Shown here: positions 1-9,732 of the stretch, piece by piece | How the letters are laid out: every line of letters begins with the position of its first letter | How positions within the stretch are numbered: position 1 is the first letter of the stretch | NCBI GenBank assembly: GCA_000004985.1 | Contig: GG738913.1 | Source: Naegleria gruberi | Lineage: Eukaryota | Reading direction: 5' to 3' (one strand) | DNA: 64,000 nucleotides | Position numbers and translations under genes: made by a program | The notes under the pieces: model-generated | What the model saw: the letters and a program-made list of their open reading frames with translations, nothing else | What the model was told of the DNA's origin: nothing | Database searches by the model: none

Positions 1-1
1 A

Positions 2-3000
2 GTGATTAGACGAGTTTATCAAGATGTGGTCAATACGGTGGTTGGTTCTGGAAATTCTGGTTTCTCTGCTGATGGATCCTTTGCTACTATTGCACAAATT
101 AACAAACCAAAAAGTATTTGCATTACCAGTGATGAGGATATCATTTTCATTGACAGTGGAAATAACAGAATACGAAAGGTGCTTCACTCCAATGAAACTT
201 TGATAACCATTTCTGGACAGAATACTTCCTTCAAAGCACCTTTCACAACTCCCATTCAATACTCTCAATTATACAATCCAACGAGGATAAAACTATATGA
301 GAACAAGACAATCATCACCGAATCAACAATTGTAAGACAAGTGGTGAATGGAGTAATTTCAATTGTAGCAGGTGTATATGGTAGCTTTGGAGTTGCACAA
401 GAAGGTGCTTTGGCAACAAGCTCCTATTTGAGCTTTCCTAGAAGTGCTGCATTAGATCTTAATGGCAATATTCTCATAGCTGATTTCAATAATGGTAAAA
501 TCAAATTAATTACCAATAGCAAATCGTACACCTTTGCTGGAAGTAAGGCGACCTTTGGTCAAGAAAATGTGATTGGAACGGCCACAAGATTGTATAATGG
601 ATGTGGTTTCTCCTACTATAATGGAGAATTCTATTGGAATGATAGTGGAAATTGCAGAGTTCTCAAATTGGGAACTGATGGAATAGTTAGAAGAATTGCT
701 GGCATAACAGGTATATGTGGCTTTTCAGGGGATGGTGGTTTGGCCACCAATGCTCTAATGGGAGTTTCATGGGGATTGAGTGTCTCACCAAGTGGTGATA
801 TTTATGTTGCTGAATCTATTAATTCTAGAATAAGAAAGATTTCGAATGGTATCATTACAACTGTTGCTGGAACATCAGTGGCTGGATACAATGGAGATGA
901 TATTGCTGCCACAAGTGCAAGCCTTAATGGCCCTCCTGCAGTCTTTGCTACCAGCACTGCATACTATTTGGCTGATGCTGGAAACCGTAGAGTTAGAAAA
1001 GTTTCATACAGCACTGGAATAATTACAACCATTGCTGGAAATGGAGCTAGTGGATCTTCTGAGGAGAATATTAATGCCACAAGTGCAATTATTGGTACAA
1101 GCTCCCCAAGAGCTCTTTGGGTTAGCAATGACGATTCTGTCTATTATGCAGATGTTTCAAATGGAAAGACAAGAGTTGTAACTAATGGAATAGTTTCGAC
1201 CATCGCTGGAACTGGAGTGTTGGGCTATTCAGGAGATGGTGGTTTGGCAACCAATGCCAATTTTAGATGGATATATGGCTTGTGGATGGTTGGTTCTGAC
1301 TTATATATTGCTGACAGTACTAATAATGTTATAAGAAAGCTGTCGAATAATATTGTAACCACAGTGGCAGGAACTGGAAATGCTAACTTCAATGGAGATG
1401 GTATACCAGCTCTCTCTGCAAATATTAACACTGCCAATCAAGTAATTATTCATCCACAAACATCTGAAATGTTCATTCTCTCATCAGATAGAATCAGAAA
1501 GGTCAACACCAATGGCACCATTTCCACAGTGGTTGGAGGTATTGGTGATGGGGCTCAGGCCATATATGCACTCATTAATCCAACAGATATTCATGTCACC
1601 AATAATGGTACAATCTATCTCACAGATTCATTAAATCATTGCATTAGAATGATTACAAGTGATGGAGTTATTTCACTTGTTGCTGGTTCTTACTATGGTG
1701 GTTTTGGAGGTGATAATGGACCTGCTGCTAACGCTGTTTTGAATAGTCCAGAATCTCTATTTGTAAATTCGAAGGGTGAAATTTACGTTTCAGATACAGT
1801 CAACCATCGAGTAAGAAAAATTGATTTGAATGGAACCATTACCACAGTTGCTGGGAGTGGTTTGGCTGGTTTCTATGGAGATGGTGGATTGGCTACAAAT
1901 GCTAAATTGAGTTATCCTATGGGAATTTACGTATCCAAAAATGGTGACATTTATATTGCTGATTATGGCAATCATAGAATTCGAAAGGTTTTCAGTAATG
2001 GAACAATCACCACTATAGCTGGAACTGGAAGCATAAATTATAATGGAGATATTCAGGAGGCAACTTTAACAACTCTTAATTCACCAAGAGGAGTTTACAT
2101 GTCACCAAATGAAGATGAAATTTACATTGCCGATTCGGGAAATAACTTGATTAGAAAAATCAAACTTGATTGTCCATCAGATTATGAATTGGACAAGAGA
2201 TTGGGAGAGTGTGTGCAAATTGTCAAGTGTTTTGGTATTTTGGCCACCGACAACTCAGTTTGTTCTGGAAATGGACAATGTGTCGATGGAAGCTGTATCT
2301 GTAACAACCAAACCTTTACAGGGCCTAACTGCTCTAGTATCACTTGTTTTGGAAAAGTACCTTCAGATTTGATGGTTTGTAGTGGAAATGGTCAATGCGT
2401 TACAGCAAATAATTGCTCATGCCTTTCTGGTTATGTTGGGAATGAATGTCAAGCGAATCTGAATCCATTCTCCATCGAATTGTTGAGAAATGAAACTATT
2501 TCCAATAATTATAGTTATCAGATTAAGGATAATGGATTGAATATGACAAATTATTATTGGACATGCCAGAATTGGGATCCAAATATTTCAATTTCAACAA
2601 GTGGAAGGAATGCATTCGTAACTTTCAGTTCAGCTTACTCTAAAGTGTATCTGTTGTCGGTTTATGCTTCAATTCCCAATTTCAGCCCATATCCTCCAAG
2701 AATTTCGAATACTATCCTGTTCACTATTATTTCCCCTAATGTTACCATTCAGCCAAGTTTCAATCAAACAACCAATGAAACTCTACAAAATAACCAGACA
2801 GTGAACTCAAACCAAACAACAAACAATTCATCCATTCCCGTTCAAAATAATCAAACAATAGCAAACGAAACATCCACTAATTCAAACAGTACTGATACCA
2901 AAAGCGTTAATATTTCAGGAAAGTTGGGAGTTTTTGGTCTTCCCTCGGTTTTGGTTTCAAAACAGATTGACGTTTCAGCAGTAATTTCTAATATTTCACT

Positions 3001-6000
3001 GAACCAAACTTCTATCAATTCGTTCCTATCATGCACTCCTAATTGTACATTAAAAATTTCATATGAATGGAAAATCAATATTGATAACAACCAAGCAGCC
3101 AATCAAACTGGTTTTACCACTTCCATTTCTTTAGGTAATAATTTGATGAGCTTTAATCCACCAATTCAAATCCAATTCAGTACAAGTAATGTAAAAGGAG
3201 AGAAATTCACACTTTCCCTTGCCCTTTTTTCAAACAATGGAAATATTTCATCGAGTACAAGTATGGATATCGTTACCCCAGTCCAACCACCAACAGCATC
3301 TAATTCCACAACTTCAAAATCATCAAATTATTTAATGAGTGTCAATCCAGAGAAGGGAGTTGCCCTGAGTGACTCATTTTCAGTTAGTGTCGCATCATGG
3401 AATGCACCATCACAAATTCTTCCTCTCAAATATGCTATTGGATTTGTTTCTAATGGAAAGGACGTGAGATTTACAGATTATGCACAAACTACTTTGTTCA
3501 ATATTTACCTTCCTTACTTGATCCAACAATCCAGGGGTCAAGTTTCAGAAATTCAACTCTATCTCTATGTTATGGATGCAATTGGAAATGTTGTAACATC
3601 TCCAACTGGACTCTCCATTTCAGTTTCTCCTTTTAATGGAACTTCTAGTGAATTGGTCCAAAAAATCAACGAGCTTGGCACTACTTCACTAGTAGTTGCA
3701 TCCTATGATAAATCCTATACAGTTCTCTCAAGTAGTGGAGGAAATTCAAGTGAGTTAGTGTATGAAATTGTGAAAAATATTCAAATTGATCCAAAGAATC
3801 CAGAAACTGCCCTCACATCCATCACCAGTCTTACATCCACTACGAGTGTAATTAATGAAAATATTGTGAGTGAAGTAGCAAGTAAGATCACCTCGTTTGT
3901 TGATAATGTGAAAGATATCTATGCATACGAAAAGAGAGTATATGGATTTGTCAAAAGCAAGGTTTCACCTGACAATATTCTCTCTACTGTGACTATTACT
4001 TCCAACCTATTAGCAAGTGGAGTTGATAGCGAGAAAACTGTTGGCGTAGTTGATAATGTTGCCTCAATGGTATTGTTAGCAGAAATTCCAAAACTTCTCA
4101 CAAGCTCTGAAAAGCTCCAATACATCTCATTCACAACTGGTATGGTGAATATTACAGTTTCTAGTTTCAAGATGACCTCTCCAATAGAGGGTAATCAACT
4201 AATCGAGGAGGAGAACAATAAGGTATCTGCAAATTTGACAAGTATCATGATGGAATATGGAACCTTAAATAAGGAGTGTGGTCTATCGATGGTCTCCTAC
4301 ACAAAGAACATGAAGTTTGACAATTACACATCAAATACTATTCATGCTTCGAGTATTAACGATTTCAAATTCATTCAAGAGCAAAATATTGTACGACTCG
4401 ATAATCTCGAGCATCCAATTGTGCTATCATTCAAATTATCTCATATTCCACAACAAAACAGTTCAGTAAATTCCACATTCTCCTGCAGATATTGGGATGA
4501 AACTAATAAGATATGGAGCGATAGAGGTTGTCAACTTTCCAATATTGACCTGAATGCTGGCACAGTAGAATGTTCATGCAGCCATACTACAATGTTCACA
4601 ACATTTGTAGAACAAAAGACTACCAGTATTATGATAGCAATGAAAGAAGAAGTTGCAACATTATATTTTGTACAAATAGCTCTTGGTGCTGTTTATACTA
4701 TTGTTGCTTTGGTAATTATTACTGGTTTGATAATATTGAGAAAGGAGCAACCAGTAACAAGTAGACTTATCACCCCATATGTAGGAATGGTGGCTCTCAT
4801 TGCAGAGAGTGTGTTGATTTACATTGTCCAAAGAAGTGTCCTTGTGAGTCAGCTCCTTTCCACAACAGATCCCAAAGTATGGGAAGTTGGTGATAATGCT
4901 GCCAATATTATTGCAAACAGTGTTGCCATTGTTGTGAATACTTTGAATTTGACTGCTACATTGTGCTATGTGATGCAAGTTTCCAGATTCCAATTCCTTA
5001 AACATTTGTACAAGCTCTTGTCCGATAATAGATCAGATATGGCAAAGAATGCCAAGATTTTGAAAGTCCTCAAATTGATAACCTCTCAGAAAATATTCTT
5101 TTCAATTATTGCAATCTTTGCCGTGTTGAATGTTTGTTTCTGGACTCTTTGGGTTGTTCTAGTAAGGACACAAGTCATTGATGCCTCTACCTATACCTAT
5201 ATTGTATCATCTTGTTACATTACTTGTATTCTCTTCTTTGGAGCAGTTATTTGCATTGTAGCCATTGCTGATTGGATTATTTCCACCAAGAAACACGTAA
5301 CAGCAGGTCAGGAAAGAAAGAGAAAGACTGTCAGTTTCACCACTCTCAGCTCTGAACCACGAGAATCCATCAAGAAGCGACTCTTCTCTCCAAAACAACT
5401 CTACGAATGGTTAATTCAAGTTGATGAACCACTCTATTTCCGATTCGAAATGCTCCTCTACATGATTTGCTTTGTCTTCCAAGTGTTAAATCTTGCCATT
5501 GGCTCCTCCAGTCTTTCCTACCGATATGCTGACTTGGATTCATACAAGAAAGCACTTGCTCTCGATGGAATCTCCTTCATCTTTGAAGTACTCTATGTGG
5601 TGAGTTACTTGTTTGTGTTTGGTGGTTTTGCTCTCTTGATTGCCATATTGTACAAGTACAAGAAGAAGAAACAACATGATGAAGCCTCTACTTTTCTCAT
5701 CAACAAATTGAATGGTGGCAACAATAACAAGGTCGACGAAGGAATCATGAGTGAGGAGATGAGGGATGTGCTAGATAAGAACGAAGGCTATCTATTATTC
5801 GAAGCCTTCTGTGAGAAGGAATTCTCTCTAGAAAACCTCTACTTGTACTCTGACTTGAAAGCCAATGAAACCATCACCAAAGGAAGACAATTCACCAACC
5901 TAACAACCTTCATGAGATTCATCTTTAATAACTACATCCGAACAGGAAGCACCACAGAAGTGAATATACCAGCCAAGTGTAGGAATAACTTTTTACTTGT

Positions 6001-6412
6001 CTATAAGAATGTAGCATCAAGTAGTGAACATATGCAACAACAATTGGGAATTGCTGAGAAGGTGAGTAGGAGTGAGGTGGAAAGACTCGATAGGAATCTA
6101 CAGGTGGTTATCAAGAATGATCAAGTAGCTACTTTATCAACTAAAACAACAACTACAACTTCTACTAATGAACAACAACAACAAGAAGGAAATATCAAAT
6201 CTTCATCGCCAGTAGCTGCTGTAGAAAATGTTGATCATGTGGTGGAGGGTGTTGTTTCTGCCTTTGAATTCCTCTACAAGCAAACATTGGTTAATTTGGG
6301 TGATACCTTCTCTCGATTTGTCTTTACGAGTGAATACAAGGAATATTTGGCTTCATTGGAGGCTCAGAAGGTTGTTACGGTGGAAATTATTGCTGCCTAC
6401 GGAGATGTTTAA
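2..6412 (+). CDS. 5'-truncated adhesion-GPCR-like receptor: N-terminal NHL-type beta-propeller repeats, tandem EGF-like modules, Ser/Thr/Asn-rich stalk, GPS/GAIN motif, 7TM core, C-terminal RGS domain
   Basis: Uninterrupted 2136-codon ORF running from the window edge. Repeated ~45-aa units (IAGTG..G.SGDGGLATNA.L..P.GI.VS..GDIYIADS.NHRIRKV) fit NHL repeats. Cys-rich CxxGxC blocks (CSGNGQCVDGSCICN..) fit EGF-like modules. CRYWDETNKIWSDRGC...VECSCSHTTMF fits the GPS consensus (C-x-C-x-H-x-T). Seven hydrophobic helices follow between aa ~1560 and 1890. The tail carries an RGS-like signature (LLFEAFCEKEFSLENLYLYSDL...FIFNNYIRTGS). Stop TAA at 6410-6412. Confidence 0.8.
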   Translation: MIRRVYQDVVNTVVGSGNSGFSADGSFATIAQINKPKSICITSDEDIIFIDSGNNRIRKVLHSNETLITISGQNTSFKAPFTTPIQYSQLYNPTRIKLYENKTIITESTIVRQVVNGVISIVAGVYGSFGVAQEGALATSSYLSFPRSAALDLNGNILIADFNNGKIKLITNSKSYTFAGSKATFGQENVIGTATRLYNGCGFSYYNGEFYWNDSGNCRVLKLGTDGIVRRIAGITGICGFSGDGGLATNALMGVSWGLSVSPSGDIYVAESINSRIRKISNGIITTVAGTSVAGYNGDDIAATSASLNGPPAVFATSTAYYLADAGNRRVRKVSYSTGIITTIAGNGASGSSEENINATSAIIGTSSPRALWVSNDDSVYYADVSNGKTRVVTNGIVSTIAGTGVLGYSGDGGLATNANFRWIYGLWMVGSDLYIADSTNNVIRKLSNNIVTTVAGTGNANFNGDGIPALSANINTANQVIIHPQTSEMFILSSDRIRKVNTNGTISTVVGGIGDGAQAIYALINPTDIHVTNNGTIYLTDSLNHCIRMITSDGVISLVAGSYYGGFGGDNGPAANAVLNSPESLFVNSKGEIYVSDTVNHRVRKIDLNGTITTVAGSGLAGFYGDGGLATNAKLSYPMGIYVSKNGDIYIADYGNHRIRKVFSNGTITTIAGTGSINYNGDIQEATLTTLNSPRGVYMSPNEDEIYIADSGNNLIRKIKLDCPSDYELDKRLGECVQIVKCFGILATDNSVCSGNGQCVDGSCICNNQTFTGPNCSSITCFGKVPSDLMVCSGNGQCVTANNCSCLSGYVGNECQANLNPFSIELLRNETISNNYSYQIKDNGLNMTNYYWTCQNWDPNISISTSGRNAFVTFSSAYSKVYLLSVYASIPNFSPYPPRISNTILFTIISPNVTIQPSFNQTTNETLQNNQTVNSNQTTNNSSIPVQNNQTIANETSTNSNSTDTKSVNISGKLGVFGLPSVLVSKQIDVSAVISNISLNQTSINSFLSCTPNCTLKISYEWKINIDNNQAANQTGFTTSISLGNNLMSFNPPIQIQFSTSNVKGEKFTLSLALFSNNGNISSSTSMDIVTPVQPPTASNSTTSKSSNYLMSVNPEKGVALSDSFSVSVASWNAPSQILPLKYAIGFVSNGKDVRFTDYAQTTLFNIYLPYLIQQSRGQVSEIQLYLYVMDAIGNVVTSPTGLSISVSPFNGTSSELVQKINELGTTSLVVASYDKSYTVLSSSGGNSSELVYEIVKNIQIDPKNPETALTSITSLTSTTSVINENIVSEVASKITSFVDNVKDIYAYEKRVYGFVKSKVSPDNILSTVTITSNLLASGVDSEKTVGVVDNVASMVLLAEIPKLLTSSEKLQYISFTTGMVNITVSSFKMTSPIEGNQLIEEENNKVSANLTSIMMEYGTLNKECGLSMVSYTKNMKFDNYTSNTIHASSINDFKFIQEQNIVRLDNLEHPIVLSFKLSHIPQQNSSVNSTFSCRYWDETNKIWSDRGCQLSNIDLNAGTVECSCSHTTMFTTFVEQKTTSIMIAMKEEVATLYFVQIALGAVYTIVALVIITGLIILRKEQPVTSRLITPYVGMVALIAESVLIYIVQRSVLVSQLLSTTDPKVWEVGDNAANIIANSVAIVVNTLNLTATLCYVMQVSRFQFLKHLYKLLSDNRSDMAKNAKILKVLKLITSQKIFFSIIAIFAVLNVCFWTLWVVLVRTQVIDASTYTYIVSSCYITCILFFGAVICIVAIADWIISTKKHVTAGQERKRKTVSFTTLSSEPRESIKKRLFSPKQLYEWLIQVDEPLYFRFEMLLYMICFVFQVLNLAIGSSSLSYRYADLDSYKKALALDGISFIFEVLYVVSYLFVFGGFALLIAILYKYKKKKQHDEASTFLINKLNGGNNNKVDEGIMSEEMRDVLDKNEGYLLFEAFCEKEFSLENLYLYSDLKANETITKGRQFTNLTTFMRFIFNNYIRTGSTTEVNIPAKCRNNFLLVYKNVASSSEHMQQQLGIAEKVSRSEVERLDRNLQVVIKNDQVATLSTKTTTTTSTNEQQQQEGNIKSSSPVAAVENVDHVVEGVVSAFEFLYKQTLVNLGDTFSRFVFTSEYKEYLASLEAQKVVTVEIIAAYGDV

Positions 6413-6683
6413 TCATGTTGTTTGTCATTATGTGATGAAAAGCCTTGAAAAATTTGAGATGAAGATTTTCAGACCATTTTTTGTGAAAATAAAATTTTTA
6501 TTATTGTTTTAAATTTGATGTAACGGATTAATTAATCTGTATTACAAAATCTTGACAATTTCAAAGCAAGTAGGCCAATTATGTTTCCATTTAGGAAATT
6601 CAAGGAAAATTGTACATTCTAATTTTCCGAAATTAATTCGACGCCATACTAAAGACAAGCTCTAAAATGGTGATGGAAATTTC

Positions 6684-7031
6684 ATGCATTCTATTCAAAT
6701 CATTTGTTTGGCCATATTGAAAAAAATGCATTTAAATCTCTTGAGTGTTTCAGTTCCTTTGATTTGTGGTCTTTTATCGTTTGTTTTATTTCCTGTAACA
6801 TCTGACAGTTTGAAACCCTTCTTGATAATTGGAATATTGCAGTGTTTTGCATTTGTAGCTTTGTTTGTGGTTGATGTAGTAACTTGTTTTTGGAAGGATT
6901 TTGTGTTGGTTGGATTTATTTTTGCAGTGGGACTTGCTTTGTTTTATAGAAATGATATTTGTTTGATGAGTGACAGGAATGCATTGCTTTCGGGATGGTG
7001 TCATATTTGTCTTTCTCAAGGATTTTACTAG
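6684..7031 (+). CDS. possible small hydrophobic (3-4 TM) protein; weak
   Basis: 115-aa ORF in a 700-bp intergenic gap. Hydrophobic segments only, no recognisable domain. Could be UTR or non-coding. Confidence 0.2.
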   Translation: MHSIQIICLAILKKMHLNLLSVSVPLICGLLSFVLFPVTSDSLKPFLIIGILQCFAFVALFVVDVVTCFWKDFVLVGFIFAVGLALFYRNDICLMSDRNALLSGWCHICLSQGFY

Positions 7032-7097
7032 AAATATTTCAATATTCCTTGATGGATTAATTAATGCTAGAAATTATTTATTGAAATATTGAAGAAA

Positions 7098-8571
7098 TTA
7101 TTGAGCTGGTTTATTTGATCTTAGAGGAGACTTGGAAGCTGTAGTTGTCTTTCTAACACCCAAAACTGAGGAAGGTGTTGAACCAGTTGATCTCTTTGTT
7201 GGTGAGCTTGCTTTGGTTGTTGTAGTTGTTGTCGAAGACTTTTTAGTTGGAGAAGAGGATGGTGACCTAGTGACTGATGTTGGTTTCTTTACTCCCAAAC
7301 TTGAGGATGGAGTTGTTGTAGTTCTTGTTTTGGTTGGTGAGACAGATTTGGTGACTGTTTTAGAGACTGTTGGTTGACTTGATACAGTTGTGGTAGGCTT
7401 GGTTGTTGCAGTAGTTGACGAACAAGAGCTACCTTCCTTTGCAATTAAATTCTTAATTGCTGTTTCCAATTCCTTTTGGCTAAATCCTTCAAGACGCTTT
7501 GATTCCTTTCCATGGTGGAAGAGCTTGAACGTTGGTAAGCAGCTAATACGTTCCTTAGAAGTGATAGAGTAGAGTTTTGATGTATCTACTTTGATAAATT
7601 TAACTTTTTGATTACTGAAAGCTAATTTGCTGTATGGAGTTGCACAAGCAACACAAGCTCCACAATTATCTCCATAATAATCTGCAACAACTAGAGAATT
7701 ATCCTTGAGTACGTGATTATATTCCTCCTCACTCTTGACATAGGTAACAAATTCATCACTCGATCCAGCCAACATGTCCTTCTTCAAATATTCCTCAGAT
7801 GGAGAATCAAAGTGTAATAAGCATTCCTCCATTTCATAAGAAGATCCACCAATTACAGTTTCCTTCATTTTTCCATTGTAGAAAAAGACAAATGTTGGCA
7901 TTGCATGAACATCACATTTAGACATGATCTTTCTATGTTCATCCACATTGACTTTCATAAAGGTGACATCTGTATGTTTGGCAGCTAAACTCTCAACATA
8001 TGGAGTGATAGCCTTACAAGGACTATTAAAGGTACATTAATAAAAAGGAAAGTCAAACAGAAACATACCCACACCAATCAGCATAGAAATCAACTACAAC
8101 TTTGGTTTTAGATTTGATTGTATCATCAAAATCTTTTTCCTTAACAATATGAAGGATTCCATTTTCGTAAAATGGTGGTTCAAGTTGCTTTGCTAACATG
8201 TCAGCATTTCTTGATACAATGGATTCACAAAGACCATCCAACTTTTGAACAACTTCTCCTTGGGAAATAAAGAGAAAGGTCGGAAGACACTTGGCTCCAT
8301 ATTCATCAGCAATGCCACTAAAATTATTAATATCCACCTTAGCAAAATTAACCTTTGGTTTTTCAGAGGCCAATCCCTCATAATTAGCATCATAGTCTCT
8401 GCAAACACCACAATAAGGTGATGAAAAGTAAACTACAACTGATGGATTTTTAGCGATCAAACTACGAAACTCTTCTTCGGATTGAATCTTTGTAAAATTG
8501 GTCATTTCTATTGATTTATTACTCTCTATAGATTTTAATATACAACAATGCAGTATTAGAAAAAAGATCAA
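7098..8571 (-). CDS. protein with three thioredoxin-like domains (CGVC, WCGPC, CGAC motifs) and a Ser/Thr/Pro-rich mucin-like C-terminal tail; one 46-nt intron (8023-8068)
   Basis: The two minus-strand ORFs 8053-8571 and 7098-7958 join through GTATGT...TTTAATAG (donor at 8068, acceptor at 8023). Splicing recreates ...DFYADWCG|PCKAITPYVESLAAKHTDVTFMKVNVDE...AMPTFVFFYNGK, a canonical thioredoxin active site and C-terminal motif. Upstream domain has YCGVC...LPTFLF; downstream domain has DNCGACVACA...LPTFKLF. Start may be the Met at 8505 rather than 8571. Confidence 0.8.
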
Positions 8572-8820
8572 AAAATCGTTCCTTCCAATGTCTTGCTATT
8601 TTTTTTGATGATTAAGGGGAGATAAGGCTCAGAGAGAATGAACTTTAAAATTTACAGAAAAAAAAAGTTCATCTCATCATTCGCCATCATCATTAATTTA
8701 TTCATTTATTTTAATTATAAATGATGAAGTAATAATATTAGTTTTTATGATCGGGATGTATTGGAATTTATTTGCTTAATGAGATTATTTACAATAAGAG
8801 TAGTAACTTTTCTCTTGAAT

Positions 8821-9408
8821 TTAAACTTGTTGATTTTGTTGAAGAGTTGGATAATGAACACCAATTGGATTGGTTGTGTTATAAACAACAGGAACTTGAG
8901 TAATGTATTGAGAAGGCATGACTTCTTCCTCTCTCAACATTTGATGAGAGTCTTGCTTTTGAATTGTAATGGAATATCCCTTCTTCTTCAAAATGATAAA
9001 AGTAATTCCAGCTCCACAGGCAAATGTCAAGGAAATCATTGAAATGAGACAACCCAAGAATGTGAAAATCATACCGAATGGGAATCCACGACGACGACCA
9101 CGTTGATTTGATTCTCCATCACGATTGTTGTTATCATTATTTTGGTCTTGAGCTGATTCAGGATGCTTATTTCCTTGTTGTTGACCTTGTTGCTTTCCAT
9201 CTTGTTGTTTCTTTGGTGGTTTGTTTTGATGGTTTGGAGGCATATTCTTATTAGAATCAGAACCAGATTGTTCATCAGGTCTTGGTGGCTTACCACCAGA
9301 AGGCATTGGTGGTCTTGGTTTGTTATTAGAATCTTGATTTTCTTGAGCGAAAGCAAAAGTCAAAATGAGCAAGAATGCAATAGCAAGGAGAAGAAATTGT
9401 CTAGACAT
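8821..9408 (-). CDS. hypothetical secreted/membrane protein: signal peptide, Pro/Gln/Asn-rich low-complexity region, one TM helix
   Basis: 195-aa ORF. N-terminal hydrophobic MSRQFLLLAIAFLLILTFAFA. Central KPPRP/QQ-rich segment. TM segment GMIFTFLGCLISMISLTFACGAGITFIIL. Confidence 0.5.
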   Translation of the reverse strand: MSRQFLLLAIAFLLILTFAFAQENQDSNNKPRPPMPSGGKPPRPDEQSGSDSNKNMPPNHQNKPPKKQQDGKQQGQQQGNKHPESAQDQNNDNNNRDGESNQRGRRRGFPFGMIFTFLGCLISMISLTFACGAGITFIILKKKGYSITIQKQDSHQMLREEEVMPSQYITQVPVVYNTTNPIGVHYPTLQQNQQV

Positions 9409-9732
9409 GTTGTTGATTCTTTTTGTTTTGTTGATTGAAAGATATTACATGTTCAGATTTTGAATTTATAGCTCTGAAATTGGAACTGCTCGTCCGAACT
9501 GTCACCAAATGTCACTTCGTTCCAAATAGATGAAGTACTTTGGATTGCGGATTTAGAGTTCCTGTGAATGTTCCATTCAGTGGAAGATGTTCAGTTGATG
9601 AAATAGTTGTTCCTCCTCCAGATTTCAATAAATTTTATATTTTATTTATTATTTTGATGGATGGCAATAACGAAATAGTTGAATGAAGTAAGGGAATTGT
9701 AAATGGGTTAAAGTTTTATTTTATTATGTACA

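Noticed and set aside
7132-7572. ORFs antisense to the thioredoxin gene tail (81 aa, 60 aa, Val/Gly-rich)
   Set aside because: Reverse-complement of the Ser/Thr/Pro-rich low-complexity coding region. Antisense ORFs in low-complexity sequence arise by chance.
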